Positions 10,401-18,535 of a stretch of 32,000 nucleotides of DNA are shown piece after piece. Under the pieces are notes generated by a model. It made no database searches, had not been told where the DNA came from, and was given only the letters and a program-made list of their open reading frames with translations. Position numbers and translations under genes: made by a program. The stretch's first letter is position 1. Every line of letters begins with the position of its first letter. Source of the DNA: Patescibacteria group bacterium (GTDB taxonomy: Bacteria; Patescibacteriota; Patescibacteriia; 2-01-FULL-39-33); assembly GCA_041649575.1 (NCBI GenBank), contig JBAZMW010000003.1:120001-152000 (forward strand), given 5' to 3'.

Positions 10401-13400
10401 GAACGCAAGAACTCCCCTCACGATTATTGCACTTTAAAACCACTAACCTGCTCTGAGCCGGATTAGTGCAGGTATAAATTCCAGCTTCTTCGGTAAAGTT
10501 ATTATCACCGCAGAAAGACGCAACCCTAACCCCCACATCGAAACGAGCGGAAATAACAGCATTCAAACAGGCTTGAGGGTTTTTGACGCCAGGATGCTCA
10601 AGTGTCCAGCCATCGCTCCAAGGAGTTGGGCTTCCCAAGCGAGAACCGAGAGAGCAACTAAGGCCACGCTGACACTCTTCAACAACATACAGATCGTCAT
10701 AAATAATATTTCCACCGAATAGAAAGGACCAAGCATAAATGCCTTGAGTGGCCGAATAAGAAGGCCATTTGCCGCCGCAAGCCGAACAATCAGCTTTACA
10801 GCTACTGCTACAGGCGGCTTGGCAACCGACTTGATTACATTGTTTGTTGACTCTAAACAAATCGCCGTCGCATTCTTCTGGCCAGTCTATTCGGCCATTA
10901 CCACAAAGATTCTCTACTGGAGGAACAAAATTAGTAGTGCTGAAAGCCCAGCCAAACAGAGCCTGGGTGGCCGAACCCCACCCTTCGCTACGAGAACAAT
11001 TTTTGATTAAACGACAACTGCTGTCACAACTAACGGTGCCAGCGGTAAATCCCAACGACTTACAGGTGGTATTGTTTAAATTAGCACCGTCGCATTCCTC
11101 TCCGGAATCAATAATTCCGTCATGATCGCAGGCAGTTATAACTTCACAGGTGCAACTGGTGGTATTACAAGTCAATCCCGATCGGCAGATAGAGACATTG
11201 GGGTTACAGGTGTCGCCAAGAACCCAACCACAGGGCTGACCAACGGCTCCAGAACTTAAAAGAAACAGATAATGATTGCTGAATTCTGCGCCATTATAGA
11301 CGCTGACGTCGGCCCAACCAATTTTATTGGCTGGGACGGTTTCGGTTATTTTCAGGCTGGCCCAATTGGGCTGGGTGACGCCAGAAGGAGAGGTGGTGAC
11401 ATTGGCAAAAGACCAAGCGTTAGTGTTTTGATTCCATTCTTTAAGATACCAAATTAAATTTTGAGCGACAGCCGTTGCCAGAGGAAAATTAACACCATAA
11501 ATATCGGTATTGTCAGCGGCACCGGTGGCGTTAGGGTTAGCGCCATAACCAGGCTGCATTAAACAGATACTGGGCCGGACTCGACTATTAACGTTAAAAT
11601 CATTAATAAGCGGTCCTAGATAATTATTGGTTACATCGGTATAGCCAAATTCATTTTTGACCCTGATCGGGCCACTAACGGCCTCTGGAGGCACGGCAAT
11701 AATAATCTGATTGTCAACCCAGGTGCTTTCACATTTGTTGTTTAATTCTGAAGGAAATTTACCAAGCTTATCGTCGGCATCATCACAGGGATCGCCGTTA
11801 CCGTCGGTATCAGCACCACAGAAACGAACTTCCCCTTGAGTGGGCATTCTGGCAAAAATAAAATCGTCTAAATACAGATTGGTGCCGTTGGCTCCGGTTT
11901 GGCTATCGGCAATATTAAAGATTAATAAGCGATGAGGGTTGCCATTACGATCCTTTAAACGATCTATTTCTGAAGTATAAGTAAAAATAGCTTCGTATTC
12001 CTGCCAGTTGGTATAATTGCCAGCCACCAGCGCGGTAAGAGTCTGTTGGTTGAACGGTTTGGTCTGTATGGGACTGTTCACGCAACAATTAGAAGTGCTT
12101 TCTGTACATCCGCAACGGCCAGGATTGCTCGCACAGTAAACACCCCCCTGAAGAACGCAATTATTATCGGTGTAAACTCCAGCCATTGCCTTGGGCCAAG
12201 ACTGGGAAGCCCAATCATCGGCGCTATAAGCGATTTTGACACTTGCATTTCTGTCTAAAATGCCTTTGTATTTAAATCTTAAAATATACTTATCGCCCAG
12301 ATTAAAATCTAAACTGGAAATATCATAATAAAAAGAGACGTAATTATTGGTGTAGTGATAAGGCCAGTCGATTAAACTGCCATTATTAAACTTACAGGCG
12401 TGATTGGCGGCCGAGCAACCCATGGGTTGATCAGGAAAATCACATATATTGTTTACACTGTCCCACTCACAGCCACGATTAACACCACCGATGACATTTC
12501 TTTTATAAGGATAGGATAAATAAACTCCTACGCCGTTACACAGATCCTCACTACATCTCACCTGATTGACCTGCCAGTTGTTGGGCGGTTCATTGGCAGA
12601 ACGCCAAATTTTAACACTTTTAGAACCGGAAAAATATTCTTCATCCGAGATGCCAACGGTTGAACGAGATTTGGTCAATTTATACCAGTCGGGCGGCAAT
12701 CCTCCAAGAGAACCTGCCTCAAAATCAACGTAGGTTAGGGTATTTACTAAGAGTGAACCGATCTGGGAAAAATTTTTTCCCAAGATAGAAATAAAATTAT
12801 TAGGAGCGCCATTGGGGAGATCATCAGACCAGGTAGCGGGATCGTATCTACTGCTATCACCTTGGGGGTCATCGGCGGGAGAAAGATAGTTGATAATCGG
12901 AGGTTCGACACACTTACAGCTCCCGTCCCAGCAATCATAATGACAAATATCATCGTCGGGCTGACAAGCGGCCAGATTTCTATCGGCATCGCAATCAACT
13001 CCGGCACAAGCACCGCAATAATTGGTTCCCAGGATTTTTGGATCACCCCCGCAATCAATTCCCTCTTCACCTTGGCCGGCATCGCGAGTCCCATTACAAC
13101 AATGACCGGGCCTAACGGTAAAAGACTTGGTATTTTCAGCACTGTTGCTGTCATGATCATAGGCCTTGGCTTTTATTTGCACCCGCTCGCCAACATCGAC
13201 ACCACTGGCGTTCCAATTGACTTGAGCGACTATTGGCGCGCTGCTGTTGGTATCGACCGGATCAGTGCCTATGGCCTGACTGTTGGCAAAAAAATCTACA
13301 TAAGCCACGCCAGCATCGTCGCTAGCTATGGCTCTAATATTATTAGTCCCCGCCCAATAGCTGTCAGGCTTGCAAATGGAACCGGGCTGAACTCTAACCG

Positions 13401-14385
13401 TCGGAGCGGCGGCATCGATTAAAGTCCCGGTGGAGAAGCTGCCGACGCATTGGCTGGGACTTAAGGAACAATCCAGGAGATAGCCACCGCAATTAATGGC
13501 TGTTCCGCTAATAGCAAGATTATAGGTGGCAGCGGCAGAAAAACATTTTAAATTGCCAAAAGGCCCGGGACAGCTGGTACTAGGGGTAAAAGCGGCCACC
13601 GATCCAGTAACGACCAGGCTTCCGCCAACAGTATCGCCATTACAAGTATGATTGTTGGTATCACATGATTCCGAAAGACACTCATTATTATTAGTACAGG
13701 CTTGGCCATTGGTTAGGGTGGCTCCAGCCCGAGTAACCTTCAGATTCGAAATATCAATAGTGTTTTGATCCAAAGGATGATTAAAGAAAAACCTCACTAC
13801 CACATTTCTTAAAGCAATGTCATCCTTGGGTGTGATTTTGGTAGCCACACAGGCGCTGAGAAGGCCGCATTGGGGCGTAGTAGTGTCGCAGACGCTCCAA
13901 TAGCCACTCGCCTGACAGACTTTAGTACCGCAATTATTGGGTCCACAGGCAGCAGTCTCTCCGGGGGTGGTGCAAATCTCTAAATTACCCGAACCGGTGC
14001 CAGTAGCATTTTTCAAAAGATTGATGACAAAAGAGGCGATGGAGAAAGCCGAGAGAACAATAATCAATCCTATAACTGCTGAAATAATAATTTTTTTGGC
14101 CTTTTCGATTTTGCTTTCTTCACCCGAGGCCGTCATCCAGAGGAAGCCGGCATACAAAATTAAAATCAGAAGTACTATGCCAATAATGCCCAAAAAGATT
14201 CGAATAAAATTGACAATGACATCGATTAAATTGGAGTGAGCCAAGCCGCTACCACCAATAGTATCCAAACCAAAGTTGGTCTCTGCTTGGGCCAAAGCCA
14301 AATTAACAAAAGTAAAGACACCGGCGATCACCAACAAGAGAATAATCGCTGTAAAAAATAATTTTTTTTGACTTCCAAAAGTCAT
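4492..14385 (-). CDS. Giant Cys-rich surface protein (3297 aa) with N-terminal T4SS-pilin-like two-TM module, Ig-like/IPT-like, DUF4215-like and LamG-like regions and a C-terminal pseudopilin-like segment
   Basis: Uninterrupted 9.9-kb ORF. N-terminus: hydrophobic signal-like segment, then IDVIVNFIRIFLGIIGIVLLILILYAGFLWMTASGEESKIEKAKKIIISAVIGLIIVLSAFSIASFVI. Later many Cys pairs, CGNGKIESGESCDDGNTTGGDGCGPTC repeats, LamG-like WVKITAAFKPGKYLKIFINGIQV...FRIGHRADTADQGMWQGYIDEVKIYNKA. Confidence 0.85.
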   Translation of the reverse strand: MTFGSQKKLFFTAIILLLVIAGVFTFVNLALAQAETNFGLDTIGGSGLAHSNLIDVIVNFIRIFLGIIGIVLLILILYAGFLWMTASGEESKIEKAKKIIISAVIGLIIVLSAFSIASFVINLLKNATGTGSGNLEICTTPGETAACGPNNCGTKVCQASGYWSVCDTTTPQCGLLSACVATKITPKDDIALRNVVVRFFFNHPLDQNTIDISNLKVTRAGATLTNGQACTNNNECLSESCDTNNHTCNGDTVGGSLVVTGSVAAFTPSTSCPGPFGNLKCFSAAATYNLAISGTAINCGGYLLDCSLSPSQCVGSFSTGTLIDAAAPTVRVQPGSICKPDSYWAGTNNIRAIASDDAGVAYVDFFANSQAIGTDPVDTNSSAPIVAQVNWNASGVDVGERVQIKAKAYDHDSNSAENTKSFTVRPGHCCNGTRDAGQGEEGIDCGGDPKILGTNYCGACAGVDCDADRNLAACQPDDDICHYDCWDGSCKCVEPPIINYLSPADDPQGDSSRYDPATWSDDLPNGAPNNFISILGKNFSQIGSLLVNTLTYVDFEAGSLGGLPPDWYKLTKSRSTVGISDEEYFSGSKSVKIWRSANEPPNNWQVNQVRCSEDLCNGVGVYLSYPYKRNVIGGVNRGCEWDSVNNICDFPDQPMGCSAANHACKFNNGSLIDWPYHYTNNYVSFYYDISSLDFNLGDKYILRFKYKGILDRNASVKIAYSADDWASQSWPKAMAGVYTDNNCVLQGGVYCASNPGRCGCTESTSNCCVNSPIQTKPFNQQTLTALVAGNYTNWQEYEAIFTYTSEIDRLKDRNGNPHRLLIFNIADSQTGANGTNLYLDDFIFARMPTQGEVRFCGADTDGNGDPCDDADDKLGKFPSELNNKCESTWVDNQIIIAVPPEAVSGPIRVKNEFGYTDVTNNYLGPLINDFNVNSRVRPSICLMQPGYGANPNATGAADNTDIYGVNFPLATAVAQNLIWYLKEWNQNTNAWSFANVTTSPSGVTQPNWASLKITETVPANKIGWADVSVYNGAEFSNHYLFLLSSGAVGQPCGWVLGDTCNPNVSICRSGLTCNTTSCTCEVITACDHDGIIDSGEECDGANLNNTTCKSLGFTAGTVSCDSSCRLIKNCSRSEGWGSATQALFGWAFSTTNFVPPVENLCGNGRIDWPEECDGDLFRVNKQCNQVGCQAACSSSCKADCSACGGKWPSYSATQGIYAWSFLFGGNIIYDDLYVVEECQRGLSCSLGSRLGSPTPWSDGWTLEHPGVKNPQACLNAVISARFDVGVRVASFCGDNNFTEEAGIYTCTNPAQSRLVVLKCNNREGSSCVRVTSGALKVKTDNNDRNKDYFVFTPTTNLDPGSWYKVVLLQGISSEAGKVIKDETAASARAEDRFCKVNYGGGNTNNAAYCWNFETRADDDSDKICPEGCVECSPDPSWMYWPAAETNYSANLDSADNACLILNPNSYSWSWSTDTSNRVQLDDRVGAEEKGLALNETMHDNPKFTKVIASLNSAGKNDYCEAHIDFTNPYIVEDDNCSSGNIQSPTPWPNSRDAYINAMLGVRFSKNMFNGSLVAGSFILQKCGSETEFNVSGCDEEVNLSSIDIFSYSPEIDASGLTREEIINRLNLLNEHGLPEGVVITPSSNFDAFTWYRIIILGGENGVRGEAASGLSEGILMTDNSFNEEVRTGWDYIPSGQTAGDGQDDYYWIFKTGNQLGKINSVSVNPHLKFMPLTDDTQIYKAWPQAANCNILNPASYVWNWRSLIKLADDSQETNSTGGTGIAVAGICNKDATSCDGYADPAVNTTKVFAKTEGDTNIKARAKNTRDQDCSWNDSNCGDRWGFGQLFIGFENLRITSRYPSCDNSGVNPNYISEGICTNSVVGLDFSLDVDMNTFLANDDIILFKEGAVGGEQSLTITEPTAGSQRYTKNIRLTRSGGDLLDSTSTYRVVVKGGADGVIAWNGKQLASLNYVTGGRGEDCDKNAYPWNTVSGVCTDNCLLNPASDLCNISGGRFKQCSDTDSNNAVDYCDTTCHNLGNNNTASCGDGLVKAGIEECDDGNTTGDDGCGVDCKLEGANQKYGSLCGNKKIETGEGCDDGNTSSGDGCDSKCLPESGRPAGSRPNAPICGNGKIESGESCDDGNTTGGDGCGPTCLRTGSASGAVCGNGKVETGQPDSYSWRFKTLDKPCEVGRVQVLPQKLIINSVGVLPQAHWANPYSASSACNKEGQLLSPICYNWSWGTWNRPLGTYYSIDKYLPPDAVRNNLTCAAGGHPLAWGANYKALDSITDGLIQYITAKISGGKSCGDTGDCGELEVQCSFCNTGGERDLDNVCSDINNKGVGKDCCCHWRPIATPISPTNICPNEVIDIKFTAADGSNINMDMESLTTTTMSTLSGEWNNLNVRLYESPVPSGLNIFGLGKNNFLARFLLKAGNVLAKLFGQGLPAQANPTDLIPIKASAVNLGGATHLLITPQRLLDKNKDYVVWVNGDGDTGDGSRRGVLSQWGVSMSGDKLFTFHTLNQEYCRVEKVFVYAQPPVEFKGPVTDDTFFCKGDDCGKNTSEDLLDDDVSANWNTNYPAQYQAANLVGNQHFYWAKAADVTGNHILNANYKWEIVGPRLLAVDNSSSPQIADWNQTVEGFQSVFVTAYGNNTVNGSTAVRVTASGVVSGAGSAATSVFERVFICDNPWPQIGDFPFRDFIGSASIPAATPITNFETYYCRDRGEAALVDDLPSLNRVAISGREDIIKEFLLTNKDNPLQVKDRVGFNNLAILGSVELVTGEQGRAAKFLGRTADYLTAIDASGNPTNPFNAITGELTVSALVNLSEASLGAGRVIAGNYYWNSNPRLERGWLLGKAIGQEDSLDFIVFDASGNTSLVKYDNFFRDYGNKWVKITAAFKPGKYLKIFINGIQVAKEENNIISGVAYQAGVPFRIGHRADTADQGMWQGYIDEVKIYNKAEPQTDDDGLISYYSFEDASDAIGLRVIKNPNHYSPLVWYQQTFDPKKQGQPKSLTVDGYQAVSEGRTTYVAGADLDNNANNIYTSIYLVSYSQDASGDTKEIYKQLVNNFQLNAGVTADINGGLQDRFGSCSKDNSKKCLVDNQCSKGGFGYCSSDKAKLTRDAKRISDIQEFNLLLDNYYNQKRCANDHQKLCYNSFSCYGGASCGNYYPPLLSGTYVVNRTYSVWPSWQATLANALGKALPADPLNKLEGCAGDYDPATCWDKINKKMQCPTDAYVYSYYVLKDPIDGLIGKKKNIFANGEYNKDGTKWLPAWSSVELINKNTDNANIFGGLNTADFCH
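5380..6100 (-). other. LamG/concanavalin A-like domain coding segment within the giant protein (approximate bounds)
   Basis: GRAAKFLGRTADYLTAID...GELTVSALVNLS...GNYYWNSNPRLERGWLLG...GNKWVKITAAFKPGKYLKIFINGIQVAKEE...VPFRIGHRADTADQGMWQGYIDEVKIYNKA. Confidence 0.7.
7880..8290 (-). repeat. Tandem DUF4215 / Myxococcus-type Cys-rich repeats within the giant protein
   Basis: CGDGLVKAGIEECDDGNTTGDDGCGVDC; CGNKKIETGEGCDDGNTSSGDGCDSKC; CGNGKIESGESCDDGNTTGGDGCGPTC; then a truncated unit CGNGKVETGQPDSYS. Confidence 0.85.
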
Positions 14386-14420
14386 GATTAAAGACTAAGA
14401 TTATCTAAAAACAATTTTGA

Positions 14421-17400
14421 TTAACGCATAACTCCCAAACAACATTCATTGCCGCTGGCCAGTCCCTTGGTGATTATCCATAAACCGGGCTTGTCGTCCG
14501 GATGAGCCGTATCCTTTTCACAAGCATTAGAATTACTATTGCCTTCCGAACCTCCGACCTCTGAACAAGTCTTCCAATTGGAATCGTTTGTCGGACGACA
14601 TTGACCAAAACAGCAACCGGTACGACCGCTGGCATCGGCCGTGGATTTATCCTTGGAGATTACCCAGCTGCCGGAGAGATAACTAAGAGGAGTGTTGGGA
14701 TTATAATAAGAAACAAAACAAATTTTATTGCTATTATAATCACAGACGCTAGCGCCATTAATACTACTGCAATTTAAACGACCATAAGAGGCCGGGTTGG
14801 GCAATTTGACTTGAGCATTGACCAAATCGGCGTCTCTGACGCAACCAACCGTATTATTACTGCCAACGGATTCATAGCCACAAGCATTGGTTGATCCGGT
14901 GACCCCGGCTTCAGCAGCATTTTTGGGGCCACCAGCCGGCAAAAAGCAGTTTTGGGTAACCGACTGAACACCCGAACCAGACAAAGGGCCATACTCAACG
15001 TTTGGATCAAAGGGATTATGGCTAATCAAAGCCTCGGTGTACTCGGCCCAACCATCATTATTATTGTCTCGATCGGCCTGGCTAAGCCAATAACCCACCG
15101 CTATCTGATTTTGTGTCAGGGTCTCAAGAGCAATATAGCGCTGGGCCTTGTCTTTGTCAGTAGAACCATAATTCCAACCCGGTTTGATGGTATAACTGCG
15201 CATCAAGCGATCAAAAGTCAAGTGAATCAATTCGTTACGGTCAGAAACTGACATTTGAGAAACCGGACTAATGGTTTTTAATAGTGGCGCTTTAATGTCA
15301 ATTTCGCTTGATAACTTAAAAGACCAAGTAAAATCATCGCCAAAACCAGAAACGGCAAAAATCGGAGTTGAAGAACTATAACTAATGACTCGATTACCAA
15401 GACTGTAACAATTGCTAATGCCAATTCCTCCACTACAAATTATGCCTTCATTTAGATTGTAAGCAGTTCGACCCGATTGACCATTGCCATTTTGTGATTT
15501 GCCCTGAGCCAGCCCAACCCGCTGGCCATCATTATCCAAATAATAGTCAAAGCTACCATTAAAAGCGTTTTTGGACATATCCACCAAACCCGAGGCAGAG
15601 GTTCTGGCGAGCGGATAGAAAACGGTTTTAGAGCCAATGGTTTTTTGACAACGACCATGGCCATCACTAGCGCCTCCCCACTGAACGCATTTGGCGTCGG
15701 CACTATCTATTAGATCAGAGGAGATTAAATTAATGGAATATGAGGTTGAAGTGGCAATCTCTCCGGCAGCCAAGCTGGCTATGGGCCAACAAGTCATCTC
15801 ATCGCCGCAGCTATTAGTCGCTCCACAAGAAGCGCTTGGCTTTAGACCAACGGTGTGATACTGATTGGAAAATTCCAAAACAAACTGGTCGTTATTAAGA
15901 TTTTGCCAAGTGTTATCGCTTTGTCTGAGACCAACTTTTATACTATCGTGCGTTATCGATAGAGGGTTGATGGCCTCGTTGAAGGTAACCTGAAAAATAG
16001 TATTTCTAAAAGGGTCGGCTAACCCCTTAACCGCTCTTTGGCTAGAGGCGTCCTGCGCCGGAGTAATATTGGAAAAAACTACTGACGCTGGTGTATTTTT
16101 GCCAGTAAATCTTAAATTATATCTATTGGCTATAGAACCGGTGGTCTTGGTTTGCAAATCGCTACCAGCTCCAGCTTCAAAAATATTAGAAGCTATCAGC
16201 TTGTTTTTTATCGCCTGCCTATCGGTAGTGGCATTATTAGTGACTGCGATATCTTTACCAAGAATATAAGTATTGATCGCATTATTATTTTCCAAAATTT
16301 CAATTTTGTCGCCGGCCTGAGAAGCTGTGACATTAAAAGTCCAGTTAGTAACGCCGCTGGGCGAAGCAGCCAGAATAAACGTCAAACCATAGGGACCGAT
16401 ATTAACCGTGCGACTAGAGGCGGAATATGGGCCATTATTAACATCGTTCATACCGCCAGGCCAATTGACATCAACTTTATTATTATTAGCGTCAATAGAG
16501 ACAACGACAGCGCCGCTAGCTGAACCACCATAGCTGCCAGTAAGACTGGCGGCTGGAGCATTAGGATTGGTGCTTGATGGTTGTGTGTAACCTTGATCAA
16601 CCTGGGGGGTGATAGTATTAAGAACCGTTAAGTTGAACTTGCTAACCGTGGGGGCGGAGGGAGAACTATAAACATCACCCTCGCCGTCGGGATAAGGATA
16701 AACACCAGTAATATCGACTATCTCCGGCGGATCTAAGTCTAATTCTCCATTGGTAGTAAAATCCCAAAGATATTGTTTATTGATCAGGGAATTGAAAACC
16801 GAACGATCCGGTTCTTGAACCGATCTGACGCCTTCCTGCAAAGTCACCTGAAAGCGGCGATTAATTTTATCTTCCGCGCCCAGATAGGTCTCTGGCGTAA
16901 AAACAAAAGTCTTGTTGTCACTACTGGCAACCATCGTATTGTCGTAGCTGTCGAAACCAAAAGGATCGGTACTGGGAACGCAATTATTCTGATTGTCGAG
17001 TAAACAAATTTTAACATTTTTTATTCTTTCGTTGTCGCACCTACCATCACTATTAGAGTCATCACAAATGGTATCGGATTTAATTGGTACTTTAAAAGTA
17101 ACCGCTATAATTGTGTTGATTGGCACCTCTGTCTGGCCCGGGGTCGGATAAACGCTTTCGATTGGTCCGCGCCCAATACCCCAGCGACCGGGATCAATCG
17201 TCGGGCCACCGGGAGTGGTTCCCGGACCGCCGCCAAAGGTGGCGCCGGTTAGTATTCTTAAAACAAAAGTTACAATACTGAAAGCCGAAAGAATAATAAT
17301 AAAGCCAATAATCGCTTGGGTCATTATCTTTTTGGCCTTTTCGATTTTGCTTTCTTCGCCCGCGGCCGTCATCCATAAGAAACCGGCGTAAAGAATCAGT

Positions 17401-17654
17401 AGCAACAAAATAATTCCTAAAACGCCTAAAATCGCCTGGATAATTCTGGCTATCACTACCCTCAAATCGGTCTGGGGCAAAGCCGAATTAAGGTTGCTTA
17501 GGCCAAAATTAGTATCGACGGGATTGGCCGGAGAAGCTGCTGCTAACTGCGGCACAGCTACTAGTAACAAAAAAACTACCAAAAAAATTGCCAAAAACAG
17601 CTTTCTGGTAGTTAGCGACGACCTTTGCATGGAAAAAAGTCGCGACTTAATCAT
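14421..17654 (-). CDS. Surface protein (1077 aa) with N-terminal T4SS-pilin-like two-TM module and Ig-like ectodomain; paralogous head to the adjacent giant protein
   Basis: N-terminus signal-like, then DTNFGLSNLNSALPQTDLRVVIARIIQAILGVLGIILLLLILYAGFLWMTAAGEESKIEKAKKIMTQAIIGFIIILSAFSIVTFVLRILTGATFGGG, followed by repeats resembling SbsA/Big_5 Ig-like domains (e.g. IITVAFKVPI/VTLQEGVRSV.. and NTIFQVTFNEAINPLS). Confidence 0.82.
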   Translation of the reverse strand: MIKSRLFSMQRSSLTTRKLFLAIFLVVFLLLVAVPQLAAASPANPVDTNFGLSNLNSALPQTDLRVVIARIIQAILGVLGIILLLLILYAGFLWMTAAGEESKIEKAKKIMTQAIIGFIIILSAFSIVTFVLRILTGATFGGGPGTTPGGPTIDPGRWGIGRGPIESVYPTPGQTEVPINTIIAVTFKVPIKSDTICDDSNSDGRCDNERIKNVKICLLDNQNNCVPSTDPFGFDSYDNTMVASSDNKTFVFTPETYLGAEDKINRRFQVTLQEGVRSVQEPDRSVFNSLINKQYLWDFTTNGELDLDPPEIVDITGVYPYPDGEGDVYSSPSAPTVSKFNLTVLNTITPQVDQGYTQPSSTNPNAPAASLTGSYGGSASGAVVVSIDANNNKVDVNWPGGMNDVNNGPYSASSRTVNIGPYGLTFILAASPSGVTNWTFNVTASQAGDKIEILENNNAINTYILGKDIAVTNNATTDRQAIKNKLIASNIFEAGAGSDLQTKTTGSIANRYNLRFTGKNTPASVVFSNITPAQDASSQRAVKGLADPFRNTIFQVTFNEAINPLSITHDSIKVGLRQSDNTWQNLNNDQFVLEFSNQYHTVGLKPSASCGATNSCGDEMTCWPIASLAAGEIATSTSYSINLISSDLIDSADAKCVQWGGASDGHGRCQKTIGSKTVFYPLARTSASGLVDMSKNAFNGSFDYYLDNDGQRVGLAQGKSQNGNGQSGRTAYNLNEGIICSGGIGISNCYSLGNRVISYSSSTPIFAVSGFGDDFTWSFKLSSEIDIKAPLLKTISPVSQMSVSDRNELIHLTFDRLMRSYTIKPGWNYGSTDKDKAQRYIALETLTQNQIAVGYWLSQADRDNNNDGWAEYTEALISHNPFDPNVEYGPLSGSGVQSVTQNCFLPAGGPKNAAEAGVTGSTNACGYESVGSNNTVGCVRDADLVNAQVKLPNPASYGRLNCSSINGASVCDYNSNKICFVSYYNPNTPLSYLSGSWVISKDKSTADASGRTGCCFGQCRPTNDSNWKTCSEVGGSEGNSNSNACEKDTAHPDDKPGLWIITKGLASGNECCLGVMR

Positions 17655-17708
17655 AAATTTTAATTATTTTTATTTAGGTTGTAAAAAATTATCAGCCAGA
17701 TCGCCGGC

Positions 17709-18167
17709 CTACTTATTTAGTTCTTCTTTAACCAGACGAGAAACCAGCTGGCCATCTGCTTGAACGCCTAATTGTTTCATTACTTGCCCCATAACTTTGC
17801 CAAAATCGGCTGGACCGACAGGGCCGGCAGCGGCAATTACCTCTTTAACTATTCCCAAAACCTGCTCCTGGGAGAGCTGCGGCGGCAAATATTTATTTAA
17901 AATATCGATCTCCGCCTGTTCCTTACCCACCAAGTCATCACGCTTAGCGGCCTGATAGGACTCCACCGAATCCTTGCGTTTTTTTATTTCGCTTTTCAAA
18001 ACCGCTACCACCTCCTCGTCTGGAAGAAAATCTTCTTTGGGCAATGTTTTTTCAATTTTTTTATTTTGCAGAGCGGCCTTCAACATTCTTAAAGTAGAAA
18101 CCAGGGATTCTTCTCTGGCTTTTAAGGCGACGAGAAAATCTTCTTCTATTTTTTTTTGTAAAGACAT
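17709..18167 (-). CDS. yqeY: GatB/YqeY domain protein
   Basis: MSLQKKIEEDFLVALKAREESLVSTLRMLKAALQNKKIE...LNKYLPPQLSQEQV...DFGKVMGQVMKQLGVQADGQLVSRLVKEEL. The supplied ORF extends to 18239, but homology-like sequence starts at the ATG at 18167. Confidence 0.9.
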   Translation of the reverse strand: MSLQKKIEEDFLVALKAREESLVSTLRMLKAALQNKKIEKTLPKEDFLPDEEVVAVLKSEIKKRKDSVESYQAAKRDDLVGKEQAEIDILNKYLPPQLSQEQVLGIVKEVIAAAGPVGPADFGKVMGQVMKQLGVQADGQLVSRLVKEELNK

Positions 18168-18270
18168 GATTTTGTTAAAATAATTAACTCCTTTTGGGAT
18201 GTCCCTCAAATGGCTGCAAACTTGCCTTGGATAAAACAAATTTGCAGATGATTTGTGGACTTCCGGAGCT

Positions 18271-18513
18271 TTAACGATCTCTGGAATCTTCTACTAATTT
18301 ACCAATTTTTTTCAGATACTCTCGCTTCTGATTGATCTTATCGCGTCTGGCGGCAGCAGCTCTAACGGCTGTTTTATTTTTTTTACGTTCGTGATAACGT
18401 ATTTTTCGCGACTGAATCAACCGACCGCTTTGCTGAATTTTTTTGTTAAATCTTCTAACCAACGCTTCAAAGGTTTCTCCCCTTTTTCTTCTAACCTCGG
18501 CCACAAAACTCAC
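18271..18513 (-). CDS. rpsU: 30S ribosomal protein bS21
   Basis: 80 aa; short basic protein, GETFEALVRRFNKKIQQSGRLIQSRKIRYHERKKNKTAVRAAAARR typical of S21. Confidence 0.85.
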   Translation of the reverse strand: MSFVAEVRRKRGETFEALVRRFNKKIQQSGRLIQSRKIRYHERKKNKTAVRAAAARRDKINQKREYLKKIGKLVEDSRDR

Positions 18514-18535
18514 CTCTCTTTCTAAAAATTTTATC

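Noticed and set aside
12747-13422. Plus and minus alternative-frame ORFs (137 and 186 aa) and many other 60-130 aa ORFs across 5-17 kb
   Set aside because: They lie inside the continuous 3297-aa and 1077-aa genes in other frames; they look like shadow ORFs.
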